DNA of 59,056 nucleotides, filler included, from Sphacelaria rigidula (lineage: Eukaryota), in the NCBI GenBank assembly GCA_964200075.2. It is 10 parts of 10 records of this genome, joined end to end, with 100 filler letters (N's around TTAATTAATTAA, not from the genome) between each part and the next. Parts side by side here need not be neighbours in the genome. Positions count along the whole stretch, not along the records: positions 1 to 5,816 come from CAXNAA020024238.1; positions 5,917 to 11,732 come from CAXNAA020024239.1; positions 11,833 to 17,648 come from CAXNAA020024240.1; 7 more parts are not named here. One strand, written 5' to 3'. Shown here in pieces: positions 1-12,493 of the stretch. A program made the translations under genes and the position numbers. Below the pieces are notes generated by a model. That model did not search any database. It saw nothing but the letters and a program-made list of their open reading frames with translations, and was not told the DNA's origin. How positions within the stretch are numbered: the first letter of the stretch is position 1; each line of letters starts with the position of its first letter.

Positions 1-904
1 AATCGGAGAATTGATCTGGTTTACTCACAGCTAGCCGAAAAACATTGCCCTACGGACTGGGGTCCGAAAAATCAATCCCCGGGAGGAAATCGCCTGTAGA
101 CGGGCTGAAATCCCCATATTTGTACCAATCGAGATTCATTGCCATAAAAGTGGGTCTGACTCGCAAAACGAGGAATAAATGACACGCTCTCTGTGGAAGA
201 CGAGGTCGAAGCGAGGATTTTCAACACCGAGGTTCAGGGTGGAAACGAGGTTTGACCCCAAAGCAGCGCTTGCCCTCGCCCGAAACTTTATGTCTTCAAT
301 GACTATTTATTCCGAGCTAAGGCGCCTCGATCGCGAGAGTTATTTTCTTATTATAGCGGCTGTCAACTTTACAGGCCCACAGCGCTGGGGGAAAGTTACG
401 TCCTATCAGTTCAACGGGCGTAGTATGTATGGCGACGGTTTGGCTTTTATTTGATTGATTGTCGCACTTTCACTGACCCCCCAGGGGTCATGATCCAGCC
501 GTAGTCACATGATACGGTGAAAGCCGCCAAAGAACACTCACGTCACCGAAGGGCATGAGATCGGAAAAAAATATCACTGGTCAGTCATGATAAGTTCTTG
601 GTTTGTCCAGCATGACTGACCCCTTACCCTCGAGAAATCAAGCGTATGAGTGCTGAGAGGCATCTCTCGGGGGTCGAGACACGATCTCTCAGCGCCGAGA
701 TAGGCACCAAGTAGTCGTTGGGGTTGTGGCCTCTCATTGCTGGGGAATGAAGCTTGTGCGTATGTAGGGGCACCTCTCCGCGTTGAGATACGGCAATTCA
801 GAGTCGAGAGTGGGAAAAGAGCCATGGCGCTTCCACATAAATGTCATGACACTGTCATGGCACAACGCGGCAGTGTCATGGTACCTTGCGTCAGGATATC
901 ACAA

Positions 905-1015
905 TGACAGCACGCGTGTACCGGGGGAGAGAGATGGGCTGATCCCTCGACACCACGGACTCGTCCCGAGGAAGGGGAGGGGTTCAAAGTGCGACATATA
1001 TATATATATATATAT
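905..1015 (+). repeat. Probable retroposon 3' end with (TA)n tail, inside a CATGGC/CATGAC-rich repeat
   Basis: GC-rich stretch ending in GCGAC(AT)n at about 995-1015; flanks at 820-900 and 1040-1065 are rich in catggc/catgac. Confidence 0.35.
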
Positions 1016-1156
1016 TTAAATAATGAAAACATAGCACAGCCCTGTGATGGCACTTTCACGGCATCCTTCTGAAGGTATTACGGATGGACTGGCCCGCCAA
1101 TAGTATTTTGTAGGTACAATACACCACTATGGTCGTAGGGCCAACCATTCCGTCGT

Positions 1157-1400
1157 CGGACGAATCGTCGCTCGGGCTCGAATCACCAAATCTACGATTT
1201 CTGCGGCCCGATTGCTCGAAAGAGCGAAACAAATATTGATTCGCTGGTGACATGAGTCTCGACGCAATTTTTGCGTTATTTCACGTGCCTGGGATGGGCG
1301 TACCTTGACCTACGGTACAACGCTGAAAACAAACCTCAGGAGATGATTGATTCGTACGATACGAACCAATCACGCTAAACGCTAGTATTTTTCAGTGATG
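1157..1400 (+). repeat. Dispersed non-coding repeat family, probably the end of a DNA transposon
   Basis: Aligns by eye with 56445-56690 and 25230-25380; its start (GGACAAATCATC..AATCACCAA..ACGAT) recurs at 29413-29475 and 53080-53141. Confidence 0.7.
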
Positions 1401-1654
1401 AAAAGTAATTCGTGCGACCCTCGCGACCAAGAACCGGCGGAAGCTAGCACTTCTTCTCCTCCCTAATCGCCACAACCCTTTGACCCTCTAATCCTGTCAA
1501 ACTATTGAAATCAATCTACAGATCGAGTACGGGTGCAGAAGTCCCGGCCACGCCTACCAAGTTCTTCGTGAAGTAGTCAGCATCAGAAGTTTTCATTATT
1601 CGTACTTGTTGTAGTCGTCGAATTTTTCTCGATTATTATTCTTCATTACTACTT

Positions 1655-2135
1655 AAAAGTGCTAGCGCCGGTAGATCTAGGGGGAAAGCGTAGGCCGCGC
1701 TCAAACTGCAGTGCCCAAGTCGGTGTCTTTGGCGCGATACGGACCAGGTACGCCATTTGTCAGGAGGGTGTTATTGACCACTTTTGGTCCAACAAAAACA
1801 GTTTTCCGGCTCTTCCGTAACAAAACGGTAAATATTCACATAATTAATACGTGTTCAATTCTGAACGATAACGATCGAGATCATGTTTCCTTCCTATGCT
1901 GCACAGACCTCAGTCAAGCATTTTCTGAGGATGGCCTCTTTCCGTTTTTTTGTCGCATAATATTTTCCATGAGCACTCGAAAGTGCTAGCGTCGATAGTT
2001 TCGACAAAATTAGTAGACCGTGCTCAAATCACAATCCCCAAGTTGGTGTTGTGGGGGCGATACGGAGCAAAGACCCCGTTCATCAGGAGGGTGTTATTGA
2101 CCGTGAATGGTCCAAGAAAAATATTTTTCCCGATT
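1655..2135 (+). repeat. Diverged direct repeat of about 150 bp (1655-1805 vs 1980-2130)
   Basis: Shared blocks aaagtgctagcg, gctcaaa, cccaagt, gcgatacgga, tcaggagggtgttattgacc, tggtccaa. Confidence 0.7.
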
Positions 2136-2622
2136 TAGCGCAGTGAAGAAATAGGTAGTAATTCAAAAATATATTCATTTTTGAGTCTTCACTTTTTTTA
2201 TCGGGATCGAGTCGGTCCACCCAAAATACCGGACAGCTACAAGCTAGGGTTGCACTTTCGCAGGACCCCCGAAGATCGGTCAAGCCCGTAAGTCATTAAT
2301 ATTGATCGCCGATATTTTTTCCTTCAATATTTGTCAAGAAGATAACAATATCTCCAGATGCCCGTTTTTTGGCATCCAACAGTCACCGTGATGAGCGGTG
2401 GCAAGCGCAACAAATTTGGAAAATCTTTGAGAAGCTGGGAATTACGAATTCTGCATACTTCTGACGCTGACTACTGTACGACATAGTCAGACCTTAGATG
2501 AGGGTGAACACCGCAGGTTTCGTTTGTTGTTTGTCGCGGTGGGGTTTACCTCCCCTCCCATCCCCCAACCTCCACCTCCTACCACGCACCACCCATTTGC
2601 CCGTCACTCAATCGATACATGC

Positions 2623-2988
2623 GACACATTCTACGATAGCCCCCCTCAAAAACAGGGCTGGCTTGGGGAGGCAAAATCTACACGTAAATCGGAATGGAAA
2701 AAGCCGAGCACGACGAGCAGTTGGGAATTCCCACGCTTGGGTTCGTTTTCGCCACTGTTGCCTATATGAAGCACTTCATGCAGCCTGGACCCAAACATCA
2801 GGCGCTGTATAAACATATTTTTTGTGAAAATTTGGGGCTGGTTTCGGGGGGGGGGGGGGGGAAGGGCTATTGGAGGAAGGTTTTTGTTTGGTTTTTTACC
2901 CAGGGCGGGGGCACCACCCGCGGGTGGCTGCCTAGNNNNNNNNNNACAGCCACAAAGGTGGGGGTTTTTTTTTGTTTTTTGGGGGGGT

Positions 2989-3023
<35 letters not shown>

Positions 3024-3043
3024 AGGGCTATCGGAGTAAGTGT
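2623..3043. mobile_element. MITE with terminal inverted repeat (TIR) GACACWTTCTACGATAGCCC followed by a C-run
   Basis: Left GACACATTCTACGATAGCCC at 2623; right GGGCTATCGGAGTAAGTGT ending 3043. Same end at 35288-35396, 23704-23726 and 53385-53411. Length is inflated by a gap artefact. Confidence 0.7.
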
Positions 3044-3276
3044 TATGCTTGATCTTTGATCCATGGCGTCGGCAGCATCCGCCGGTGGCTGACTTCAACG
3101 CATTCCCATTTCTGTACGACCCGCCTCAAGCCCCACTCTCACTCCACCACCTGTAGCGGTGAGCAACAGCTCAAAAAGCACGCCCCCTAATGTGGACAAC
3201 CGACTGCAGAACGTCGAAACCCACAAAAAAACATCTCCGACGACGACACCATCAAACAACCTCCACTATCAATCAC

Positions 3277-4314
3277 CCTTGTTTCGCCCGTCGTCCCGCC
3301 TGCCCACCACCGCTTCCACGAACACTGTCCCTTAACCGCTGACTCTCTCTCCTCACAAAGCCCCGTACATCTTCAAGATCAAACACTCCACTATCCTCCT
3401 CCTGCTGGTTCTCGCCGCCGTCTCCGCCTACCGCCGCCTGCGCCCCTCGCCGCACCCCACCCCCCTCCCGGACATCGCCAACGCCGGTATCATCGAAATT
3501 TCCGCGCCACTGACCGCTACCCACACCCCCGACGCCGCCACCGTCCCGCGGGTTACCACCCGATCTCCGGAGCGATGCCGCTGCAGCAGCGGCGACAACG
3601 CGAGGGTGCTCCCATCGCTGCGAATTTGTCTTCTCTTCCTCTTCTCCATCCTGCTCTTGTCGCCCAGACAACGCGCTATCATTGTTGCCATCGGTATCAC
3701 CGACCACGACACCATCTTCACCACCGTCGGCGCTCATGACGAAATTCGAAAAAGAACGGCCGCTGCTAGCCATACTAACTTCACCCCGGCCGCCGCTGCC
3801 GCCGCCTCCCCTACCAGCGACTCGCGTACCCTCGCGGCCTCCACCCGACGTTGCCGCTGCCCCTACCGCCGACCCAAACCGCGAGTCATCGAAGCTAAAG
3901 CCTAGCGGCGACCCTCGGCCGGCCTCGTCGATCCCGCCATGCGATGCCGAAGTATTGGCGGTGTTGTCTTGAATGTGGCGGCTCACATCGCCGTCGCCGC
4001 TCGAGCCGCTGCCGCGGCGGCCGGTAGCGGCGGGAATTCGACGGTTCCAGGCGGCGGCGGTGGCGCGCGCGGCAGCCGCTGCTGCAGCGGACGTGTCCGT
4101 TAGAGCCCCCGGTGAGTTTCCGCTTCCCGCTGGACTATCATTGTTGTTGATGTGGTGGCTGTGGGTGGTGTTGTCATTGTTGGCCGGGCTGCGTGTCCCG
4201 GGAGCGGCAAATAAAGGCAGAGGGCCTTGGTGTGAAGAGGATACCGAAACGCGAGAGGATAGGTCGGCTAGGCATTCTCTCGCTTGCGCCAGCTCTTCCG
4301 AAAGGCGCGCCGCC
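3277..4314 (-). CDS. Large internal exon of an unknown Gly/Ser/Ala-rich low-complexity protein with a short coiled-coil-like start
   Basis: Open frame of about 345 codons (AARLSEELAQARECLADLSSR...FDLEDVRGFVRRESQRLRD); high GC; pyrimidine tract then AG upstream, GTGATT donor downstream; boundaries approximate. Confidence 0.6.
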
Positions 4315-5709
4315 TTCAGTTTTGCGTAGAGATTATATTGGGGGGGGACGGGACGGGACGAAACGGGGGGGGGGGTGGGCGGGGGGGGGGGGGTGCAGCG
4401 TGACGTGACAGGCGGAAGGAAATGATGGCGGCCACATGAGTGTTATATAATTGATACATTGAGGACGACACGTTCCGTATCGGGCCTCGAAAGACAAATG
4501 GAGACATGTGAATATTTGCTGTTGAAGAATATTGCATGCGTCACAGGCACGGGACCACGAGACACACGGAATGTTGTCTCTGGAGGTGGTTCTCACGACC
4601 AGAGGGATGCTGCTCAGCTACAGCATCGGGGTCGCCGATGTTGACAATTTACTTGTGACCTTCCACACCTCCGACAGAGTGGAACAAATTCTGCGTGTTT
4701 TTTTTACATTTATTTCAGAGTACGCCTCGTTCTTCGCGGATGACGACGTTCGGCCAGTCGATCTGAACTCAATGCAGTATCTGACAACCTTCGAAAAATC
4801 GTGTTTTTAGAGCTCAAAATGCGATATCTGACAGCCTTTTTCGAAAAGTGTTCCAAACTTCATGCAAGATCTGACAACGCTCGAAATGAAACAGATACTC
4901 GACAACTATTGGGAAGCTGTGTCTGTCCACATCTCGTTGTTTTCGGCACCCGGGAATACAAGTGGGCTGCCGTGTGTCCACATCACCATGAAAAGAGCTT
5001 GCCCCATACAACGTATTCAAGGAGTAATCTGAGGATACACACTGCACATACGCATCTACATTCATTCCACATGTCCCACGTACACACATACACACGCGGA
5101 CACCTGAACATCTGCCTTCCGCTTGAGAATTTTACGCCCGAAGCAACTTGCTTATACCAAAGCTGAGGATGCGCACAACCACTATTCATGGTACTAGTAC
5201 TATTACTAGGACTATGATACTTCAGCAACGTTTCGGCTTTTTTTTACGATGGCTCGCCTGATGGCTCGCCGTACAGGATCCGAAAATGTCTCCACCGAGT
5301 AGTTTACCTGGCAGAGAGCTCGATCAACTCGCTCATCTGATGAAAAACGGTCAACTTTCAAAAACGGCATTTCATGCATGTCCCGAACGTTTATTGCGCA
5401 TTCACATGCACAGGTATCTGGATATTTGCCCATATCTGCCCGCCGCATCTCAACATGTATGCGCACGTAGGCTGCCACGGCGGGGCTTCGTTAATTCTTG
5501 GAGTAGTGAAACACACACGAATGTTTCTACAGCACCGACAGACTTCAAAACGACTGAGGCATGTCAGACCAACTATTTGGTGAAGGTGTACCGGTTTACT
5601 CGTGTGATGAGCTCATCTGTATCCCAAAGAAAAACAAGGGAACAGCAGCACCTGTGAAAAAAATGAAAAGAAAACAGTTTTGCCCGTTCAGTTCCTTTCC
5701 CCCCCCCCG

Positions 5710-5816
5710 TGGTTTTAAGCCTGGTCCGGCGAGAACCCGGCGTGCTCCGTCCCGGCTTTGTAGGGGCGGACCCCCGATGGGGTTGGCGTCGGTTGGCGGT
5801 GGCGCTGTGAAACACG
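5710..5816 (+). repeat. SINE-like repeat, variant with alternative 3' segment
   Basis: Core GCCTGGTCCGGCGAGAACCCGGCGTGCTCCGTCCCGGCTTTGTAGGG, then GGGGTTGGCGTCGGTTGGC..GCTGTGAAACA; related copies at 37697-37797 (-) and 46968-47005 (+). Confidence 0.65.
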
Positions 5817-5916
5817 NNNNNNNNNNNNNNNNNNNNNNNNNNNNNNNNNNNNNNNNNNNNTTAATTAATTAANNNNNNNNNNNNNNNNNNNNNNNNNNNN
5901 NNNNNNNNNNNNNNNN
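5817..5916. other. Artificial contig linker (N44-TTAATTAATTAA-N44), repeated at 11733-11832, 17649-17748, 23565-23664, 29481-29580, 35397-35496, 41312-41411, 47227-47326 and 53142-53241
   Basis: Identical 100-nt spacer with stops in all six frames; it separates six segments of 5816 bp and four of 5815 bp, as expected for size-sorted contigs. Confidence 0.98.
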
Positions 5917-5996
5917 TGAATTTAGTTCAGGGAAAGCACGACTTTTGAATTGAACCTCATTTGTTTTTTCAACCCCATTTTCGAAAATTGGCTGTT
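5917..5996 (-). mobile_element. Terminus of an AACAG-ended foldback/MITE family
   Basis: Reverse complement matches 23412-23480 and resembles the arms of 19911-20324. Confidence 0.65.
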
Positions 5997-7090
5997 TGTT
6001 GCTATTGTGTGCTTGAGAAGAGTCTTAAGCCTGCTTCACGAGCTGAGTTCAAGACAAGCTTGCTATCATCCCTTCTTTGGGGGTGTGGCTTGCTATATTA
6101 CTGCAACACTGCTTCAGCTGGGGCTTCAGAGTGGTTTGTTCTACATAAGCTGTCGGGTTTTCTCACTCGTACACTTGCGACGCTGTCTTCACATAAGCCT
6201 ACATTTTTTTCAAGTAGTATATTTTTCGGTCCTTTTTGTTCTTCACTAGAAATTTATGTGGAAGTTTCCTTGGCGTGTTTGACATTGCATACTCGCGTGA
6301 TCAGCTGACTCTTTGGTGGCAGCTGTCTTCCTTTCTACTTGGAATTTGACCGACATTCCGACTCTGGTATATCTGCAGGTCTACGATGTCTCGTGCAGTA
6401 CCCACAACCGTTTCGGGCAACGACGAACGGACCACAACACGCTTGCGGTGCGCGCGCACACGTGAGCTCTCTCTTGCCACACAACCCATTGTTCCCCCAT
6501 CCGCAGGCCATAACCACGGTGCACCCCAACCTACCGTGGTGGATTCGCTCTCTTTTACACCGTTATACACGGCACAGAGAACTAAAAACGTTTTTTTCAT
6601 GCAAACCTGTTCCGAACTGCTTTTCCCTTTTTCATCCACAGGCGGGTCTCTAAAAACAGAGTCGCTCACATTTTCCTCGTTTCTAATACGCCCCTTCCGG
6701 GCCCGTGGCTTTTTCAACGTTTCTCCGACCACGTGTTCGCGACCACGTGTCCCCGCAAGCTCCCCCGCTCCCCGCCCGTCGATCCTGTATCAACCAAACC
6801 GGCCGACATGTACAAAACACCCGCCAATCTATACTTACAGGCAGGGAGATCGCAGGCTAGTTCAACCTCCGCCCGCTGTACAGACAATAATTTCTTTTTT
6901 CCAAACACGGAACGTTGCGCCCACCATGTACACCGATGTTGCATCGACCTTACATTTAGATCAGTAAAATGAGATTCCGCCTGTACACAAGCATGATTGA
7001 ACACGGGCGAGGTTCATAATGTTAGAAAATGAGGCTGCGGAGCCATGCTCTTAAAACGCTTCGTATGGTATTGACTTTATATATATGTAG

Positions 7091-7346
7091 TGTTGAGATC
7101 GCAGGTACCAGTCACGAAGGTTTGGTCTGATGTGTGGGCGTATCATGTGGGGTATCAGCTGTTATACTACTCTTCCCTTTGACCGTGTACGCCGGTGGGT
7201 TGTTTGTATTGCCTTGCCCTCAAGCGGCACCTTGAGCACTATCTTCTGTCTACACTCCGAAGCAGCCTGTCTGCTTGCTTGGCTTAACCGCCATTGCGCC
7301 AACTCTAGCGACCACGACAAAGGGGTTCCGAGTGAATCCTCCAACA
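7091..7346 (+). repeat. Copia 5' LTR (256 bp), followed by a degenerate GGTTAT-like primer-binding site (PBS)
   Basis: Inverted termini TGTTG/CAACA; 3' part repeated at 11271-11377; followed by GGTTTATTGAACC. The left boundary is inferred. Confidence 0.75.
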
Positions 7347-7872
7347 GGTTTATTGAACCTCGATTCGTGTTGGTGCCGACGGAGCGGACGTTGGACGTTG
7401 GAAGGAAGGAAGGGCAGCAGCAGAAGGACAGATCTTTGCTGGAAAACAACGCGAGTTGAGCCAAAGTAAGACGAAACTGTGTGTGTCTGGCACTACAACA
7501 ATGCGTGCGTTACGATTGAGGACGGCACTTACTTTGTGCGCACCTGGCATCATCGCAGTACGGAGGCATCGCTGCGGTACGAAGTGATAATTTTTGAAAA
7601 AGCGGGACAACCGCAGGTGGACAAGAGTAGCTCTGCAACTGTGACGACACGCATCTACTCTCGACTGGCGCTACAGCAGGGTACCACAATCTGAACCGAG
7701 TAGGGCGTGTGATCTATTCTTTGAGAAGACAACGACAGCGTGCGCAGCACCACGGCTGATCTGTGGAAACAGAAACAGTCAGTAGTCGGATCCTTTTTTT
7801 GGAAATAAATCTTTCCACGCCTACTACAGAAGTGCACAACCTTGCGCAGAATTTGTAACATCTTGTACACTG

Positions 7873-10800
7873 ATGATACTACGGGTGATCCTCCCCCTCC
7901 ACCATAATGCGGCCGCCGAAATTCTGCAGGGGCGGCAGAGACCCGCACGCACCGTAATTGGTGATGAACCGTCAACCCGTGATACGGCACCTTCACTGGC
8001 TTGGAATCGCGCAAACAGTGGCCTGTTCAGCATCTTATTTTTCACCACCGAAAAATCAGCGAACAATACCGTGAGACGTTTCATGGGGAAAACCCAGCAG
8101 GACGGGGTTGGTAATGGCCAAGCAGCGTGAGCAGCGCTGCAAGAAAAATATGTAGGCAACACAAAAGAGGCATGCAGGGAATTCCATGATAAACTCCACA
8201 ATACGACGATGCAGTCAGGGCATGATCCGGAAGATTTTTGTTTGTCATGAATGACTACCGTGATCGCCTGGAGGAAATGGGGCAGTCCGTACCTGACGAA
8301 CGATTTGAGGACATTATGCTTCGAGGCTTACCTGCCGAGTACGACAGGGTCCGCATTGCCAGCTGCAAGAGGCGCGATTTTCATTTCTCGGACCTCAGAT
8401 ACATGGTCAGCACCATGTATGCTGACTGCCTTTCACGACCGGACGCCACCAACTCGGTCGCAGGCCGCGGGGTTGCTATGCAGGCTAGTGGGCGGAATGA
8501 TGGCAGGAAAAGAAATCAAGTAACATGCTACCACTGCGGAAAGCAAGGTCACGTTAGGAGAAATTGCCCCGCCCGAAGTGCGACCCGAGCACTGACAGGG
8601 GGAGACGGTCAGGACGGGGAAAACAATGGGAATGTAGGCAAGCGGTGCTCTTTTCACAACTCAACAACTCACAGCGAAGAAGAGTGCCGTTCCTTACAAC
8701 AGCGCAACCAGCAGACAGCCAATTTCGCACAGTGGTCGGGGTATCCACCAGCCGCCGGTACAAGGGAGCACCCTCCCGCCATCTCCTCTAATGTCCTAGA
8801 AGCGCCCAAAGCGAACCATCCCCAAGCGGACAACCTTTGGCCTTTCGCTCGAACAAACAAACCCGTTGCTTCTTTTAACAGCAGCGGTCTCTTCGGCGCC
8901 TTCGAAGGGGCCGACGGAGAGGAGGCCGGGGGTCCGGGGTTCTGGCGCAGAGCTTGCAACCTACTGTGGGGAATCAGGGGGGCACTGCCCCCACTATTGC
9001 GCGCCCCAGCCATAATGGCCGTAGTCCACTACGTCTGGTTGATGTTCGGGAACTCATTATACCCCCGGGCCACGTCGAACCTCGACGACACCGCTGAAAC
9101 ATTTGGCGGAATCATCGGTGCTGATGATGGGACGGCTCTCGCGGCAGAACCCGCTCTTGACAAGTGGGCTGAGGGTAGCAATAGCCATATCAGTGTCATG
9201 GTAGACAGTGGTGCGTCAGGACATTACTTCGACGATACCCTCATCCCGGGGCTACGGTATAAACTCCACAACTACCAGAAACTGACGACCCCGCGTACGA
9301 TCACCACCGCAGGGGGGCACAAACTGGTAGGGGTTGGTAAAGGACTGCTCCGCGGACACATCCAAGACGGCGAAGGGGTCAAACGCCTGGTTCAGATTTC
9401 GTATTTGGTCGTGCCTGGCTTTGGGCGGAAGTTGTTCTCCGTCAAACAAGCGACACAAAATGGCGTTGTATCTATTTTTGAAATGAACAGCCCAAGACTC
9501 GAGACAAACAACTTCACCGTTCCGCTCCAGGAACTGGAGAGCGACCTGTATTTCTTCTCTCTGGAACTAAGCAGCGGCAACGACGCATCTGGACTGGCCA
9601 TACAAGCTGCAGGCGCCGCCACGCTGTGGCATCGGAGGATGGAACACTTGAACAGCAATAGTTTGAATCTTCTCAAAAACATCGGAAGCAACGAGGTGGA
9701 TTTCGGTGGAGCCGTTCCGGACTGTGATTTTTGTGCTATTGGGAAACGTCATCAACTGGCCCACCCGAAGACAGCCAACGACGAAGTGCAACGCGCTTTT
9801 CAACTAGTCATAACCGATTTGATGGGACCGATCATGCCGGAGGCGCTGGGAGGCTTCAAGTACGTCTGCAAGATCTCCGATGAGTATACCAGATGGACAG
9901 AGATTTACCTCCAAAAAGCCAAGGACGACAGTCTTCATGCATTACAGTCCTACGTACAGTCAAATGGTCATTCCTGGCGGTGTTCGGGTCGAACGACTAA
10001 AGGTAGACAACGGCGGTGAGTTCATTGGCAACGAGTTCAAGTCGTATTGCCGACAGACAGGCATATTGCTAGAGCTTGCAAGCACCAATACACCACAACA
10101 AATCGGCCTGGCAGAACGCGTAGGAAGGACGCTTGCAGCCATGGTCCGGTGCATGCTTGCTGACTGTGGTTTGCCGATTTTTCTCTGGGGGAAATTGATG
10201 TTCACAGCGGCCTACCTTGGAAACAGATCACCGCATTCGGCGCTTGACATGCAGTTGCCTAGTAAGATGCTGAAGGGGACAGAACCGGATCTTAAACACC
10301 TTGTCGGAGCCAGGGTTTCCGTACATATCGAGCGGCATACTTCGAAACATGCTCTCAAAGCAATTGAAGGACGACTAGTCGGGTACAGTAATGACAGTAA
10401 GAGCTATCAAGTCTACAACCCGGCCACGCGACTTATCATTGAGAGCAGGAACGTCGTCTTCACCGAGACTCCGACACACCTGTCCAGTGGGGGAGAAAAC
10501 CGAAAGAATCCCAAACACGTTCAATGAGGCCATGAGTCTCCCCGAAAAGGAACAATGGAAGGCGGCATCAGATAAGGAGATGAATAGCCTGAGAGGAAAT
10601 AACGCGTATACTCTAGTGCCGTTAAGTTCCGTCCCAACTGGATACAAGTTAATCGGGTCCCGATGGGTGTACAAGAACAAAGCGGAGTTCTCGCACAAGG
10701 CCCGCGTCGTCGTGTAGGGTTGGGGACAAAGAGGTCCCTGGCGTCGACTGTGGCAGCACTTTCGCACTGGTCTGCAGGATCAAAAGCATCCGCATGGTAT

Positions 10801-11270
10801 TAGCTGTAGCGGCGGAGTATGACTTGGAGTGTTGGCAATTGACTATAACACCGCCTTTCTGAGCGCTGAACTCAAGGAAGGAGTTTACGTGAAAATGGCG
10901 CCAGGATACGAGGAGTTTGACGCCAATGGAACTCCGATGGTAATGCGGCTCCACAAAAGTCTCTATGGCCTCCGTCAAAGTCCAAATTCCTGGTGGGGAA
11001 CGGTCGACACACACCTGGCGGAGATTGGATACAAGAGCCTTAAGTCGGACCCTTGCGTGTACATATACCAAGAGAGCGGCGACGTCTACATTTCGACTTT
11101 ATACGTCGATGACATCCCACTGCTTGGGAAAGATGTCAAAGTGCTGGGAAGGATCAAGCATAAGCTGATGGGACGTTCCTCGATGACGGACATAGGAGAT
11201 GTATCGTTAGTGCTGGGAATGGAGGTTGTTCGTGATCGCATTAGGAAGACAGTCACCATCAGCCAGAAAA
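7873..11270 (+). pseudogene. Copia gag-pol polyprotein with frameshifts and stops
   Basis: Zn knuckle CYHCGKQGHVRRNC; protease VDSGAS; LWHRRMEH..CDFC HHCC motif; integrase DLMGP, DNGGEF and LAER; RT KARVV, KSLYGLRQSP and YVDD. Stops at 8128 and 10715; frameshifts near 8237, 9960, 10500, 10730 and 10838. Confidence 0.95.
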
Positions 11271-11538
11271 TATCTTCTGTCTACACTCCGAAGGAGCCTG
11301 TCTGCTTGCTTGGCTTAACCGCCATTGCGCCAACTCTAGCAACCACGTCGAAGGGGTTCCGAGTGAATCCTCCAACACATACTACTTGTACACAAGCTCC
11401 CATTTCTGTACCCTTTGTCTCCCTGACGCAGTACCAGTGTGCACAACATTTTGCTCATGATTACTCACAAACACGGGCACTACAGTAGTGGATAGTCTAA
11501 CTATTCATTTCATGGCATCTTGTGTTTTTTTCGTAATT

Positions 11539-11732
11539 AACAACAAATTGTGCGAATTGAGGTTTAACTTTGAGATGAGGTTCAAGCCTAAAACAGTGCG
11601 ATCCCCACACTTTCAGCGATGGTGCCCGATGACGTTTTTGTCGGCCTATTGCCCCTCGATCGCGTAGATACTTTTTCAGCGCAATTCGCCGACTCCGTGA
11701 GCCTACAGTTCTGATCGAATCCGCCATTTTCC
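11539..11732 (+). mobile_element. One arm of the AACAG foldback MITE family, cut by the contig end
   Basis: Closely similar to 19911-20100 (ccacactttcagcgatggtgcccgat..gcccctcgatcgc..gactc.gtgagc.tacag). Confidence 0.8.
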
Positions 11733-12493
11733 NNNNNNNNNNNNNNNNNNNNNNNNNNNNNNNNNNNNNNNNNNNNTTAATTAATTAANNNNNNNNNNNN
11801 NNNNNNNNNNNNNNNNNNNNNNNNNNNNNNNNGAGGCCAGCGCGGCGGCGGCGTTGCCGGTGGAGTGCGCGCGCCGGAACTACAGGCGAGCTGTGGCGGT
11901 GGGGGAAGCCCATATCATTTTGAGAATTATTCTTGCGGCTCCGAGATCCATGTCACGTCTTCTGCCAACGTTGAACGAGCGGTTTGTTGAATCTTCATCG
12001 CCCACAACTTACACAAGTACTGCCATTTTTTCGAAAAGGGCAAAAGGGTCATGTAACCTCGGTCATCGACCATGCCCCGTGAAGAATTCGAGTATGGAGA
12101 AGAAAATCCTTGTTCCCCCCTCCCGTTTTGTTTGTCCCCGAGAAGCGGTCGGTAGGCGGTTCGTTTTTAATCTTGATGTAGATGAACGTGTGATGGTTTT
12201 ACGTACGGGATCAGAGGGTGATTTGGGCACGAGCCGTCGTTGGCTTGAAGGAGCGAAGTTTGTACCTGACTCTAGGGATAACGGTCTTGAAGTCTTCCTC
12301 AAGGGGTTGCTTTGCTCAAGTAGACAGGTGTTTGTTGGATGTTGGGTGTCTTGCCATGGTTGCAGCGATTTCGGCCAGAAGCTAGCCCTACAATAACTGT
12401 GTAACTTGTTCCAACTCTCAACTGTGCCGATAATAAACAAAACAGGATTTTGTTCTACGAGGCAGCACGCTGCGGCCCGAAGATACGTCGCTG

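Larger units (their letters stand above)
7091..11377 (+). mobile_element. Ty1/Copia LTR retrotransposon, decayed and internally deleted
   Basis: 5' LTR TGTTG...CAACA at 7091-7346; partial 3' LTR at 11271-11377 (103/107 identical to 7240-7346); domain order gag-PR-IN-RT. Confidence 0.95.

Noticed and set aside
5861..5872. TTAATTAATTAA as a piggyBac target or regulatory palindrome
   Set aside because: Part of the synthetic linker
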